64,000 nucleotides of DNA from Alphaproteobacteria bacterium (GTDB taxonomy: Bacteria > Pseudomonadota > Alphaproteobacteria > MPNO01 > UBA830): positions 3,264,001 to 3,328,000 of the forward strand of contig OZ219791.1 in NCBI GenBank assembly GCA_964291215.2. Direction: 5' to 3'. The translations under genes were made by a program, and so were the position numbers. Below the pieces are notes generated by a model, which had not been told where the DNA came from, made no database searches, and worked only from the letters and a program-made list of their open reading frames with translations. Below are positions 41,146 to 51,435 of the stretch, piece after piece. Within the stretch, counting starts at the first letter, position 1. Each line of letters opens with the position of its first letter.

Positions 41146-41490
41146 ATGTCCGAAACGAACGTGGCCAGGATGGTCTATGTGACCGTTGGCAGCCCGGAGG
41201 AGGCCCGCGCCATTGGCAGGGTTCTCGTGGATGAGCGTCTTGCTGCCTGCGTGAACATCTTCGAGTTCATGACGTCGCTCTACCGCTGGGAAGGCGACTT
41301 GTGCGAGGACCGGGAGACGGTACTGATTGCCAAGACCCGCGCGGACCTCGTTGACGCGCTGACGAAACGGGTGGTTTCGCTCCACAGTTACGACTGCCCC
41401 TGCGTGGCCGTGCTGCCCGTTGTCGGCGGCAATGCGCGCTTTCTGGCCTGGATCGCGGACGAAACGGCGGACGACACTGTCGTCCCCTGA
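41146..41490 (+). CDS. cutA: Divalent-cation tolerance protein CutA
   Basis: LVDERLAACVN, SLYRWEG, HSYDCP. Confidence 0.92.
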   Translation: MSETNVARMVYVTVGSPEEARAIGRVLVDERLAACVNIFEFMTSLYRWEGDLCEDRETVLIAKTRADLVDALTKRVVSLHSYDCPCVAVLPVVGGNARFLAWIADETADDTVVP

Positions 41491-41502
41491 TGGCATCCGC
41501 CT

Positions 41503-42813
41503 TCAGGAGGCCGCCCGGAGCGCCTGGTCGAGATCGCGGATGATGTCCTCGACGGTCTCAAGCCCGACAGATATCCGCACCACATCGGGGCCGGCTCCGG
41601 CCGCGATCTGCTGCGCTTCCGTGAGCTGGCGATGGGTCGTCGACGCCGGATGGAGAACCAGGCTCCGCGTGTCGCCCACATTGGCAAGATGCGAGAGGAG
41701 TTGGCAGTTCTCGACCAGCCGTGTGCCGGCTTCGTAGCCTCCCTCAAGGCCGAAGGTGAAGACCGACCCGCATCCCTTCGGCATGTACTTTTCTTTCCAT
41801 CCGTAGGACGGGCTCGACGGGAGTGCGGCGAAGGATACCCACGCTACGGCGGGGTGCGTGTCGAGAAAAGCGGCGACCTCGGACGCGTTGGCCACATGCC
41901 GTTCCATGCGCAGCGGCAAGGTCTCGATACCAGTGATCGTCATGAACGCGTTGGTCGGCGACAGCGTCGGGCCGAAGTCGCGCAGCGCCACCGCCCGCGC
42001 ACGCATCGTGAATCCGAAATCTCCAAACGTCTCGTAGAAGGTGAGGCCGTGATAGGCCTCGTCGGGGGTGGTAAGTGCTGGAAACTTGTCGTTCCTGGCC
42101 CAGTCGAACCGGCCCGATTCGACGATGACGCCGCCCATCGAGTTGCCATGTCCGTTGAGATATTTGGTGGTTGAGTGGATGACGATGTCGGCGCCGTGAT
42201 CTACGGGATTGAAGAGGCACGGCGTCGCGATGGTGTTGTCGACGATCAATGGAATGCCGGCCTCGTCGGCGATTCCGGCGATGGTCTCGATGTCGCCGAT
42301 GATGCTCGACGGGTTGGACACGGATTCGATGAAAATCGCCTTCGAGTTCTCCCTGAGCGCATCGCGGAACGTCGCGGGTTCGAGAGGGTCGGCAAAGCTA
42401 CAGTCCCATCCCAGTTTCCTGAAGGAGACGCCGAACTGGGTGATGGAACCGCCATAGAGATAGCGTGAGGCAACGAAGTGGTCGCCCGGTTCCATGAAGG
42501 TGAAGAAGGCAAGAAACTGCGCTGCATGGCCGGAGCCGGCCGCGCACGCAGCGCGGGCGTTCTCGAGGCTGGCGACGCGTTCCTCAAGCACGGCGACGGT
42601 GGGGTTGGTCAGCCGCGAATAGATGAAGCCGAAGGTCTGCAGATTGAACAGCGAGGCAGCATGGTCGACATCGTCGAAGACATAGGAGGTCGAGTGATGG
42701 ATCGGCGTGTTGCGCGCGCCGGTAAGCGCGTCGGGGGCGGCGCCGGCGTGGATGGCGCGGGTCTCGAAACCCCATGCCGGGCGGCCGGGGTCTGTTTCCG
42801 GCTGTTTGCTCAT
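41503..42813 (-). CDS. metY: O-acetylhomoserine aminocarboxypropyltransferase / sulfhydrylase
   Basis: IYSRLTNPT, LYGGS, VDNT, HSTTKYLNGHG (PLP Lys), HLANVGD, HPASTTH. Confidence 0.88.
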   Translation of the reverse strand: MSKQPETDPGRPAWGFETRAIHAGAAPDALTGARNTPIHHSTSYVFDDVDHAASLFNLQTFGFIYSRLTNPTVAVLEERVASLENARAACAAGSGHAAQFLAFFTFMEPGDHFVASRYLYGGSITQFGVSFRKLGWDCSFADPLEPATFRDALRENSKAIFIESVSNPSSIIGDIETIAGIADEAGIPLIVDNTIATPCLFNPVDHGADIVIHSTTKYLNGHGNSMGGVIVESGRFDWARNDKFPALTTPDEAYHGLTFYETFGDFGFTMRARAVALRDFGPTLSPTNAFMTITGIETLPLRMERHVANASEVAAFLDTHPAVAWVSFAALPSSPSYGWKEKYMPKGCGSVFTFGLEGGYEAGTRLVENCQLLSHLANVGDTRSLVLHPASTTHRQLTEAQQIAAGAGPDVVRISVGLETVEDIIRDLDQALRAAS

Positions 42814-42838
42814 GGATCCGTTCTCTGCCGGCGCTGGC

Positions 42839-43393
42839 TCAGCGCCGCGCGGCCAGTCTCGGCCGTTTCGCCGAGATCACGCCGGTATTGATGCCGGACC
42901 ACGACAGCTCGTGGTGAAGGCGGGCAAACTCGATTTTGGGGCAGCGATCCATGATGACCGTGAGCCCGGCCGCTTCGGCGCGCGCCGCCGCCTCATGGTC
43001 GATGACGCCGAGCTGCATCCACACCGTCCGTATTCCCCGCTCGCCCCTGAGAGAGATTGCCTCGTCGACGATCGGCCCCACGGCATCCGGATGGCGGAAG
43101 ATATCGACCATGTCGAAGCTTTCCGGGATTTCGCCGAGCGTCGCGTAGCAGGTCATGTCATGGATCTCGGCGCCAGCCGAGCCGGGATTGACCGGGATGA
43201 CGCGGTAACCCTTCTCCTGGAGGTATTTCATCGCGAAACTGCTCGGCCGCACCCATCTTGCCGAGACGCCGACCATGGCAATCGTCGAGGTGCCCGCGAG
43301 TACCGCCCGGATCGCGGCATCGGTGTAGGAGAGGACCGGATCCGGGCGTCGTTTGCCGGCGGCGCGGGGCTGCACCTTCATTCGCCGGTCCAT
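42839..43393 (-). CDS. CoA-binding protein (YccU-like)
   Basis: IAMVGVS, GYRVIPVNP, DMVDIFR, VWMQLGV, VIMDRCPKIE. Start could be 43393 or 43381. Confidence 0.88.
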   Translation of the reverse strand: MDRRMKVQPRAAGKRRPDPVLSYTDAAIRAVLAGTSTIAMVGVSARWVRPSSFAMKYLQEKGYRVIPVNPGSAGAEIHDMTCYATLGEIPESFDMVDIFRHPDAVGPIVDEAISLRGERGIRTVWMQLGVIDHEAAARAEAAGLTVIMDRCPKIEFARLHHELSWSGINTGVISAKRPRLAARR

Positions 43394-44172
43394 CGGGGTG
43401 CGCGCTTTTCGAGGAACGCGTCTATACCCTCTCCGGCATCGCGGGCGAGCATGTTCTCGACCATGGCCTCTCCGGCGTACCGGTAGGCGTCCTCGACCGG
43501 GAGTTCGAGTTGGCGGTAAAACGCCGTCTTGCCGATGCGCAGCGTAAGCGGCGACTTGGAGGCAATCGCTTCGCACCATGAGGCTACCTCCTGGTCGAGC
43601 TCCTCGTCGGAGACGGCCCTGTTGACGAGGCCGGCGGCGGCGGCGTCCTCGGCATCGATCATTTCGCCGAGAAGCAGCATTTCCATCATCTTCTTGCGGG
43701 GCAGGTTACGGCTCGCCGCGACCATCGGCGTCGAGCAGAAGAGACCGATATTCACGCCCGGGGTGGCAAAGCGGGCGGAGCGGCCGGCAATGGCGAGGTC
43801 GCATGTCGCCACGAGCTGGCATCCGGCCGCCGTTGCCGTGGCGTGAACCCTGGCGATCACCGGTTGCGGCAGTTTCATGATCGACAGCATGAGCTTCGAG
43901 CATTGCGCGAAGAGCTTCTCGTGGCTTCGCCGGCCGGAGAGACCGCGAATCTCGCGGAGGTCGTGGCCGGCGCAGAAGGCGGGGCCGTTGGCCGCGATGA
44001 CGACGACGCGTATTGCCTTGTCGTCGGAAATGGCGTCGAGCTCTGCCTGCAGGGTGGCCATAAGGCTTGTCGACAGTGCGTTGCGCGCCTCCGGGCGATT
44101 GAGCGTCAGCGTCGCCACGCCAGCATGGTCGTTGCGCGCTAGAATCCCTTCCATTGGAGGACGGCCGTCCAT
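43378..44172 (-). CDS. Enoyl-CoA hydratase/isomerase family protein
   Basis: [41 protein letters not shown]. Confidence 0.9.
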   Translation of the reverse strand: MDGRPPMEGILARNDHAGVATLTLNRPEARNALSTSLMATLQAELDAISDDKAIRVVVIAANGPAFCAGHDLREIRGLSGRRSHEKLFAQCSKLMLSIMKLPQPVIARVHATATAAGCQLVATCDLAIAGRSARFATPGVNIGLFCSTPMVAASRNLPRKKMMEMLLLGEMIDAEDAAAAGLVNRAVSDEELDQEVASWCEAIASKSPLTLRIGKTAFYRQLELPVEDAYRYAGEAMVENMLARDAGEGIDAFLEKRAPRWTGE

Positions 44173-44339
44173 TTTGCAATCCCGAGAACATTGCGCACGG
44201 AAGCAAGCACTATAGCATCGGCGGTTGCGTTGCGGACGGAAAATTTGCTGTCCGGGAGAGCTTGACAAGAAGTCAGATTCTGTCATGTTGCGGGAGCTTC
44301 TCGCCGCGCTGGCGGCGTTTTTTGCCTTGGACAGTCGTA

Positions 44340-44804
44340 ATGAAAACCTATTCCGCAAAAGCGGCGGATATCGAATCGAAATGGTATCTGATCGATGCCG
44401 AGGATGTGGTGCTCGGCCGGCTCGCATCGCTGTGCGCGAGAATCCTCCGCGGCAAGCACAAGCCTGTCTTCACACCGCATGTGGATTGCGGCGACGGCGT
44501 CGTCGTCGTCAATGCGGAACGGGTTGCGCTTACCGGCAACAAGCTGACGGACAAGATCTACTACCGGCACACCGGCTATCCCGGCGGCATCAGGAGCGTC
44601 ACGCCGGAGAAGCTGATCGCGGACGGGAAGGCGGAACGAATCGTGATGAAGGCGGTCGAGCGGATGCTTCCCAAGACCAAGCTCGGACGCAGGCAGATAA
44701 CCAAGCTTCGCGTCTATTCCGGTCCCGACCATCCGCACCAGGCCCAGAACCCGGAACAGCTGGATCTGGCGTCGATGAACCGCAAGAACATGAGGACAGG
44801 CTGA
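44340..44804 (+). CDS. rplM: 50S ribosomal protein L13
   Basis: [33 protein letters not shown]. Confidence 0.97.
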   Translation: MKTYSAKAADIESKWYLIDAEDVVLGRLASLCARILRGKHKPVFTPHVDCGDGVVVVNAERVALTGNKLTDKIYYRHTGYPGGIRSVTPEKLIADGKAERIVMKAVERMLPKTKLGRRQITKLRVYSGPDHPHQAQNPEQLDLASMNRKNMRTG

Positions 44805-44805
44805 G

Positions 44806-45348
44806 ATGGCCGAAACCGAGACACAGGAACAGCAACCCGCCGAAACGGTCCTCGGCGAGGCGATGGCCGCTGCCGGAGTCGCGGCCGGGGCGGACGCCTC
44901 CGAGGACGGCGATGCCGGCGACGCTTTCGGCGCCGCGCCGCAGGAACCGCAGATTGACAGTCTCGGCCGCGCCTATGCCACCGGAAAGCGCAAGAACGCG
45001 ATCGCCCGCGTGTGGCTGAAACGCGGCACGGGCGGCGTCGTGGTCAACGGCAGACCGGCGCCGGAGTATTTTGCCCGGTCGGTGCTCCAGATGATCATCA
45101 ACCAGCCCTTCGAGGCGGCCAACCGCGGAAACGAGTTCGACATCTGGTGCACGGTCAAGGGCGGCGGGCTCTCGGGCCAGGCCGGCGCGGTGCGCCACGG
45201 AATATCGAAGGCGCTCGCGCTGTTTGAGCCGGAACTCCGCTCGACCCTCAAGAAGGGCAGCTTCCTCACGCGGGATTCGCGCATCGTCGAGCGCAAGAAA
45301 TACGGCAAGCGCAAGGCGCGACGCAGCTTCCAGTTCTCCAAGCGCTAG
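44806..45348 (+). CDS. rpsI: 30S ribosomal protein S9
   Basis: [32 protein letters not shown]. Confidence 0.97.
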   Translation: MAETETQEQQPAETVLGEAMAAAGVAAGADASEDGDAGDAFGAAPQEPQIDSLGRAYATGKRKNAIARVWLKRGTGGVVVNGRPAPEYFARSVLQMIINQPFEAANRGNEFDIWCTVKGGGLSGQAGAVRHGISKALALFEPELRSTLKKGSFLTRDSRIVERKKYGKRKARRSFQFSKR

Positions 45349-45375
45349 GCAGGCGTCTCGTCGCATCCAGACAAG

Positions 45376-45405
45376 AGGCGCCCGGCGCGGGCGCCTTTTT
45401 TCTTT
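45376..45405 (+). terminator. Rho-independent terminator of rplM-rpsI
   Basis: AGGCGCCCG-gcg-CGGGCGCCT followed by a T tract. Confidence 0.85.
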
Positions 45406-45450
45406 GTGCGCGCCTGGCGCGCCCCTATACTGGCATCGGGAAACAGAGCC

Positions 45451-46509
45451 TTGGCAGAGCAGAGATCCGACAGCATTCGTGTCGCCCTTCTCGGCGCGAC
45501 CGGTTACACCGGCTCCGAACTGGTACGCCTCCTGATACCGCACCCTCGGGCAAGGATCGTGGCAGCGACCGCAGATCGACATGCGGGCAGGGACATCGCC
45601 GAGATCTTTCCGCAGTTCGCGGGCCGGGCGATTCCGAAGCTGACGCGCATAGAGGACCAGGACTGGTCTGCCATCGATGCCGTGTTTTGCTGCCTGCCTC
45701 ACGGTACTACCCAGGAGGTGATCGCCGCCCTGCCGCACCATCTCAGGATCCTCGACCTGTCAGCGGATTTCAGGTTGCAGGATCCGGCGACCTATGCCGA
45801 ATGGTATGGTCATGAGCATCTCGCCGTCGAACTCCAGGGCGAGGCGGTCTACGGGCTCACCGAGCGGGCGCGCGACAGCATTAGGGAGGCGCGGCTCGTC
45901 GCCTGTCCGGGCTGTTATCCAACATCGGCGATCCTTCCCCTGGCGCCGCTCCTTGAGGCGGGCGTGATTGACGCGGATGACGGCATCATCATCGATTCGA
46001 AATCCGGCGTCAGCGGCGCGGGGCGCGCGGCAAAGGAGATAAGTCTGTTCGCCGAGGTTGCCGAGGGCATTCACGCTTATGGCGTCGCGCGGCACCGCCA
46101 CGCCCCGGAGATCGAACAGGAACTATCGGCCGCGGCCGGACATCCGGTAAGCGTCAATTTTACACCGCACCTCATCCCGATGAACCGCGGAATCCTGTCG
46201 ACGATCTATGTCAGGCTGGCTGCGGGCGTCGGGTTCGAGGCACTCTGCGGCGCGTTGGCGCAAGCCTACGCGGAAGAACCGTTCGTGCGCGTCATGCCGC
46301 CCGGGGTCGCGCCGGCGAGCCGCCATGTGCGGGGATCTAATTTCGCCCTGATCGGTGCGTTTGCCGACCGCCTGCCGGGCCGCGCGATTCTCGTCTCGGT
46401 GCTCGACAATCTGGTCAAGGGCGCTTCCGGACAGGCGCTGCAGAACATGAACCTCATATTCGGCCTGCCGGAGACCATGGGTCTCGAACAGCAGCCCATG
46501 TACCCGTGA
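45451..46509 (+). CDS. argC: N-acetyl-gamma-glutamyl-phosphate reductase
   Basis: GATGYTG, DLSADFR, PGCYPT, SGVSGAGR, DNLVKGASGQA. TTG start assumed. Confidence 0.95.
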   Translation: MAEQRSDSIRVALLGATGYTGSELVRLLIPHPRARIVAATADRHAGRDIAEIFPQFAGRAIPKLTRIEDQDWSAIDAVFCCLPHGTTQEVIAALPHHLRILDLSADFRLQDPATYAEWYGHEHLAVELQGEAVYGLTERARDSIREARLVACPGCYPTSAILPLAPLLEAGVIDADDGIIIDSKSGVSGAGRAAKEISLFAEVAEGIHAYGVARHRHAPEIEQELSAAAGHPVSVNFTPHLIPMNRGILSTIYVRLAAGVGFEALCGALAQAYAEEPFVRVMPPGVAPASRHVRGSNFALIGAFADRLPGRAILVSVLDNLVKGASGQALQNMNLIFGLPETMGLEQQPMYP

Positions 46510-46583
46510 GCGTTGCGCCACCGCCTCCGAGGGGTGGGTATGCGGGAAGGCAGAAACCCGGCCCGCCAGATCGAGGAGATGTC

Positions 46584-47150
46584 ATGATCCAGTACCAGGG
46601 GAACATCCTTCCCTATCTCGAGAAGCGGCCGAAGATCGCAGACGATGTCTTCATCGCTCCAGGGGCCTGCATCATCGGTGATGTGGAGATTGGCGCGGGC
46701 TCGTCGATATGGTTCAATACGGTCATTCGCGGCGATGACTTTCCGATACGCATCGGCGAGCGCGTGAATGTCCAGGACGGAACCATCATTCATGTGCATA
46801 CGAGCTATCAGGGTACCTTCATCGGTGATGACGTGACGATTGGACACATGGCGCTGCTTCACGCCTGCAACATCGAGAGTGGTGCCTTCGTCGGCATGGG
46901 TTCCATAGCGCTCGACGGCAGCACCGTCGAGTCCGGCGCGATGTTGGCCGCCGGCGCGATGCTGACGCCGGGAAAGACGGTGAAGAGCGGTGAGTTGTGG
47001 GCCGGGCGCCCGGCGCGGTACATGCGCGCGATTACCGAGGAGGAACTCGGCAATTTCGAATGGTCATTTGACTCGTATGCCCAACGGGCGCAGGAATACC
47101 GTACGCAGTATGGACAGCTTGCCCGCGGCCGCCGTCAGGCGGCTGAATAG
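46584..47150 (+). CDS. Gamma-carbonic anhydrase family hexapeptide-repeat protein
   Basis: IIGDVEIG, IRGD, NVQDG..IH, TIGH..LH.C. GAGGAG RBS. Confidence 0.9.
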   Translation: MIQYQGNILPYLEKRPKIADDVFIAPGACIIGDVEIGAGSSIWFNTVIRGDDFPIRIGERVNVQDGTIIHVHTSYQGTFIGDDVTIGHMALLHACNIESGAFVGMGSIALDGSTVESGAMLAAGAMLTPGKTVKSGELWAGRPARYMRAITEEELGNFEWSFDSYAQRAQEYRTQYGQLARGRRQAAE

Positions 47151-47208
47151 GCACGGTTGCAATCGCGCCGGCCGGGCAGAGCCAGGAACTCTCGGGGGAA
47201 CGTGGACG

Positions 47209-47826
47209 ATGAGCCGGATACGCGAACTGGGCGATAGCGAAATTGGCAACTTGGCAGAATTCTTCGCGCCCGTATTGGAGCGGCTGGGGTTCGTGCCGAA
47301 TTCGCAGCGCGTCATGGCGCACAAGCCCGAGCTGCTTGAAGCATTCGCAGCACTGGCGAAAGCAGTCAACAACGAGACGGAACAGTCGATTCCGGCATCC
47401 CTCAAATACATGATTGCCAACGCCTCGAGTCTCGCGGCGGGCTGCATGTACTGCGTCGCCCACACCGGAAGTGGAACCAGCCGCACCGGTGTCGAGGACG
47501 AGAAGATCGCTGCCATCTGGGAGTTCGAGAGCAGCGACTTGTTTTCGGAGGCGGAAAAATCAGCCCTGCGTTTTGCTCAGGCGGCGGCCTCTGTGCCCAA
47601 CATGGCGGGCGACGCCGATTTCGCGGACCTGCGCCGACATTTCACCGACTATCAGATCGTCGAGATCGTCGGCGTGGTCTCGCTGTTCGGTTTCCTCAAC
47701 CGCTGGAACGACACCATGGCGACCACGCTGGAAGATGAGCCGACGGAATTTGCGGAGCGCACGATCAGAGACAAAGGCTGGGACGGCGGAAAGCATGTTG
47801 ACGATCCGCGTCAAGCGGCCGAGTAG
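47209..47826 (+). CDS. Carboxymuconolactone decarboxylase/AhpD-like peroxidase
   Basis: GFVPNS, GCMYCVAH, FLNRWND. Confidence 0.85.
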   Translation: MSRIRELGDSEIGNLAEFFAPVLERLGFVPNSQRVMAHKPELLEAFAALAKAVNNETEQSIPASLKYMIANASSLAAGCMYCVAHTGSGTSRTGVEDEKIAAIWEFESSDLFSEAEKSALRFAQAAASVPNMAGDADFADLRRHFTDYQIVEIVGVVSLFGFLNRWNDTMATTLEDEPTEFAERTIRDKGWDGGKHVDDPRQAAE

Positions 47827-47952
47827 AGAGTTCCATTAGGGGGATCGTTTCCCTGCCGCACCGAGATCCGGTGCGGCAGGGGCGGCAAGGCTGGCGGTCC
47901 CCGTCAGTGGTCCAGTCCGGCCTTGCTTGTCCGAAACAACACGGGAAATACG

Positions 47953-48171
47953 ATGCCGAAAGAAGATTTCATGGAGTTTTCCGGAATGGTCATGGAGCTG
48001 TTGCCCAATGCCATGTTCCGGGTGAAGCTGGATAACGACCACGAAGTGCTGGCCCACACTTCGGGCAAGATGCGCAAGAATCGGATTCGCGTTCTTGCCG
48101 GAGACCGCGTCAATGTCGAGATGACGCCCTACGATCTCACCAAGGGCCGGATCACCTTCCGTTTCAAATAG
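47953..48171 (+). CDS. infA: Translation initiation factor IF-1
   Basis: [36 protein letters not shown]. Confidence 0.97.
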   Translation: MPKEDFMEFSGMVMELLPNAMFRVKLDNDHEVLAHTSGKMRKNRIRVLAGDRVNVEMTPYDLTKGRITFRFK

Positions 48172-48175
48172 GGCA

Positions 48176-48808
48176 ATGGCCGAAGCCCCCGGGCCGCAGC
48201 GCCTGGTTCTGGCATCTTCGTCGCCGCGCCGCCTTCAACTTCTGGCCCAGGTCGGGATCGTTCCCGACACCGTCATTCCTGCCGAAATCGACGAGACTCC
48301 GGGGGAGCGGGAGCTGCCTGGCCATCTTGCCCGCCGACTGGCCGATGCCAAGGCGGTAACTGTCGGGGTGGCGGCTGGTAGTGCATTCGTGCTTGCTGCG
48401 GACACGGTCGTTGCGCTTGGGCGCCGAATCCTGGGAAAGCCGGCCGGCGAAGCCGAGGCGCGGCGTTTCCTGCGCATGCTTTCGGGACGCCGCCACCAGG
48501 TCTATGGCGGTGTTACGGTGCTTGCTCCGGACGGCCGTTGCGCCGGTCGACTGGTACGGACTGCGGTCAGCTTCAAGCGTCTCGACACGTCTGAAGTCGA
48601 GAGCTATGTCGCTGGTGGCGAATGGCAGGGCAAGGCGGGGGGCTATTCCATACAGGGCGCAGCAGGGGCATTCGTGCCGCGCGTCAACGGCTCATATCCG
48701 AACGTTGTCGGGCTTCCCCTCTACGAGACAGTCTCCCTGCTGAGAGGGCTCGGTTATCAGCTGACGGCTGCAGCGCCAGACATGGCTGCAAGACGGGCGG
48801 ATCACTAA
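48176..48808 (+). CDS. maf: Maf nucleotide pyrophosphatase
   Basis: LASSSPRR, ADTVV, GKP, KAGGY.IQG, NVVGLP. Confidence 0.93.
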   Translation: MAEAPGPQRLVLASSSPRRLQLLAQVGIVPDTVIPAEIDETPGERELPGHLARRLADAKAVTVGVAAGSAFVLAADTVVALGRRILGKPAGEAEARRFLRMLSGRRHQVYGGVTVLAPDGRCAGRLVRTAVSFKRLDTSEVESYVAGGEWQGKAGGYSIQGAAGAFVPRVNGSYPNVVGLPLYETVSLLRGLGYQLTAAAPDMAARRADH

Positions 48809-50251
48809 ATGGCCACCGAACTCCTTGTCAGCACGCTGCCGGGAGAGGTGCGCGCGGCTCTCGTCGAGGACGGCGCGGTGACCGAACTTGCCTTTGAACG
48901 CGCCGGCGAAGCGAGCATCGTCGGGAACATCTATCTCGGCCGCATCGAGCGGATGATGCCTGGTGCCGGCGCGGCGTTCGTGAACATCGGTCTCGCGCGC
49001 TCAGGTTTTCTTGTCCTGGGGGATCGGTGGCAGGGATCCGCAACTCATGCGGAGGGTACCACGGGGGCGCTGCATGAAGGAGCAGCCGTGGTCGTGACGG
49101 CGGTCAAGGATTCGGTAGGACGCAAGGGCCCGGAACTCTCGTTGCGGCTGTCGCTGCCGGGGCGCCATCTCGTCTACCTGCCGCAGAATGGCCTAATCGC
49201 GGTCTCGCGCCGGATCGCTGACGAAGACGAGCGCCAGAGACTGCTCGGGCTGGGGGCGGAGATTGCAGCGCAGGAAGAGGGGCTTGTGGTCCGCACGGCC
49301 GCGACAGGGGCTTCGCGCGCGGATCTGGAAGCGGATTTGCGGCTACTTCGCGAAACCTGGGCCGCGGTCGAGAAGGCGCAAAGGACGGCTTCCGCGCCGA
49401 CGCTGCTTTATGCCGATCTTGATCCGGTAACTCGCATTCTCCGCGATCAGGCGCTCGACCGAATCGACCGTCTGGTTTTCGACGATGGGGCTGCTGCGGA
49501 CCGCGCCCGCCGGTATTGTGATGCGATGATACCGGGATGGTCTGAGCGGTTGAGTCTCCATTCTTCGGACGACGACATGTTCGAGGTTCTTGGCATAGAG
49601 GCGGAGATCGAGCGCGCCTGCCGCAGGCGCGTGCGAATGTCGTCCGGTGGCAACCTCGTCATCGACTCGATGGAAGCTTTGACCGCAATCGATGTGAATT
49701 CCGGCTCGTTCGAGGCCGGCTCCGATCCGGAACGGACAGCGTTCGAGATCAACCAGGAGGCCGCTGCGGAGGCTCTTCGCCAGATCCGGCTGCGTAATCT
49801 CTCCGGTCTGATCGTCATAGACTTCATCGGCATGGAAGATCCCGGCAACTGGCGCGCGGTTCTTGCCCTGCTGGAACAAGGGACCTTGCGGGACCGGACA
49901 CGCCTCCGCGTCCTGGGGCGGACGCGTGCCGGGTTGGTGGAACTTACCCGCCGCCGCCGCCGCCGTTCCCTGGCCCAGCTGATGACGGAAACATGCGCTT
50001 CGTGCCGCGGCTCCGGGTGGGCGGTGTCGCCGGATGCCGCCTGTCTCGACATATTGCGGGCGCTGCAGCGTGAAGGGGCGACTCTTCCGGCCAGGCAGCT
50101 GACACTACATGCGGCGCCTGAGGTTGCCGCCATGCTCGACAGCCGGTATGCGGATACACTGCGCGATCTTGAGGTGCAAATTGCCTGTCGTGTCGATGTG
50201 CGTGCGGCCGCGGGCTTGGCAAATCATCAGTACGAGATCGTGTCGGGATAG
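48809..50251 (+). CDS. rng: Ribonuclease G/E family
   Basis: GNIYLGR, AFVNIG, TAIDVNSG, LRNLSGLIVIDFI, CxxC. Confidence 0.88.
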   Translation: MATELLVSTLPGEVRAALVEDGAVTELAFERAGEASIVGNIYLGRIERMMPGAGAAFVNIGLARSGFLVLGDRWQGSATHAEGTTGALHEGAAVVVTAVKDSVGRKGPELSLRLSLPGRHLVYLPQNGLIAVSRRIADEDERQRLLGLGAEIAAQEEGLVVRTAATGASRADLEADLRLLRETWAAVEKAQRTASAPTLLYADLDPVTRILRDQALDRIDRLVFDDGAAADRARRYCDAMIPGWSERLSLHSSDDDMFEVLGIEAEIERACRRRVRMSSGGNLVIDSMEALTAIDVNSGSFEAGSDPERTAFEINQEAAAEALRQIRLRNLSGLIVIDFIGMEDPGNWRAVLALLEQGTLRDRTRLRVLGRTRAGLVELTRRRRRRSLAQLMTETCASCRGSGWAVSPDAACLDILRALQREGATLPARQLTLHAAPEVAAMLDSRYADTLRDLEVQIACRVDVRAAAGLANHQYEIVSG

Positions 50252-50261
50252 GAGGGGCCGC

Positions 50262-50462
50262 ATGCGGAGAGCTTCCTGTCCCGTCTGCAAGGCGCCAAGG
50301 TCGCCGAAATATCGTCCGTTCTGCTCGAAACGCTGCAAGGATGCCGATCTCGGACGGTGGTTCAGCGGTGCCTACGCCATTCCCGCGGAAAAGGATGACG
50401 GGGAGGAGGATATCGTCTCGATCCAAGAGGCTGGGGACGGGTTGGGAGGGGATACGGAATAG
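50262..50462 (+). CDS. yacG: DNA gyrase inhibitor YacG
   Basis: CPVC..RPFCSKRC..DLGRW..Y.IP. GGAGG RBS. Confidence 0.92.
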   Translation: MRRASCPVCKAPRSPKYRPFCSKRCKDADLGRWFSGAYAIPAEKDDGEEDIVSIQEAGDGLGGDTE

Positions 50463-50559
50463 GGCGGGGACTCGCCACACGGGATACGCCCACCTGTCCG
50501 ACTGGAATCGGTGGTGGCGCAGCATGCTGTCGGCGCACTGTCCGAGTACACGAAGCATG

Positions 50560-50841
50560 TCACCTGCCGCTTCCTCCCCCGTCAGGCACCCGCCGCCGGA
50601 AAGTGGCGGGCAGAAGTATGGGCACGGAGAATGCCTCTGCGTGCGCCAGGATGTCGGCGTCGTCAGTCACCAGCGCGTTGGCACGTCCGACAAGCGCGAG
50701 TTTCAGAAACGAACGGTCAAAACGATCGTTGCACTCGGGAACCGTCGGTGGCAGCTCCGGAACAGTGACGGTCTCGCAGAACGGAAGATAGTCGTCGAGG
50801 AGATCTTGCTGGTCCTCGGTACTCAGCGCGAATTTCAGATG
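50560..50841 (-). pseudogene. 5'-truncated PIN-domain toxin (not in ORF track)
   Basis: Manual translation KFALSTEDQQDLLDDYLPFCETV..VPECNDRFDRSFLKLALVGRANALVTDDADIL resembles the C-terminal half of PIN TA toxins (CRDPxD..FL..A....A..LVTGD.DLL). No in-frame start. Confidence 0.7.
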
Positions 50842-50984
50842 TTCTGACTTCGTGAGTTGACTTCATCAGTCCGGCTCCCCTTTTGTTTGGGGATTATATA
50901 CCAGTTTACCCAAGCGGCGGATCGCCAGCCCAGGGGACTGATTTAAGAGAATCCAAAGGGGGTTATATCGAATGGTCCCAATCC

Positions 50985-51263
50985 TCAGTCATCAAGTTCC
51001 CGCAGTAGCGTTCCCATAGCATTGAGGGCGGCCTTGCGATTTACCTTCAGCATAGTCTCCATGACGGCTATGAATCCCTCCGGTTTGACAACGATGTGAA
51101 CGTCGGAGACGCCGCCCGAGCACGGTATGCTGGTCACTAAATCAACGGTTCCCTCGTAACCGCTGATCGAACCCGATCCGATTTCGAGATCAACCTTCAA
51201 TTGGTCCACTTTCTTCCCCGAGCGCGGGCCGCGCCAAACCTCACAGGATGTCAGTTTCAGCAT
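50985..51263 (-). CDS. Hypothetical protein (92 aa), IS1595 passenger
   Basis: ATG 4 bp after the stop of the preceding small ORF. No family recognised. Confidence 0.55.
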   Translation of the reverse strand: MLKLTSCEVWRGPRSGKKVDQLKVDLEIGSGSISGYEGTVDLVTSIPCSGGVSDVHIVVKPEGFIAVMETMLKVNRKAALNAMGTLLRELDD

Positions 51264-51267
51264 GTGA

Positions 51268-51417
51268 CTACTTCTCAGAATCATCCGGCTTGAGGTAGCG
51301 CCAATCATCCTTCGGCTTGCGCTGCATGATCGCGAGGGCAATGTCCTTCGACGCGGCGTCAATCGGCTCCGGTAACGGCTTCTCTGCAGGACGGCCCCGC
51401 GACCGCTTCTCGGTCAA
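51268..51417 (-). CDS. Small hypothetical protein (49 aa), IS1595 passenger, not in ORF track
   Basis: AAGGAG RBS, TTG start, MTEKRSRGRPAEKPLPEPIDAASKDIALAIMQRKPKDDWRYLKPDDSEK. Confidence 0.55.
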   Translation of the reverse strand: MTEKRSRGRPAEKPLPEPIDAASKDIALAIMQRKPKDDWRYLKPDDSEK

Positions 51418-51435
51418 TGGTCGTCTCCTTCAGTC

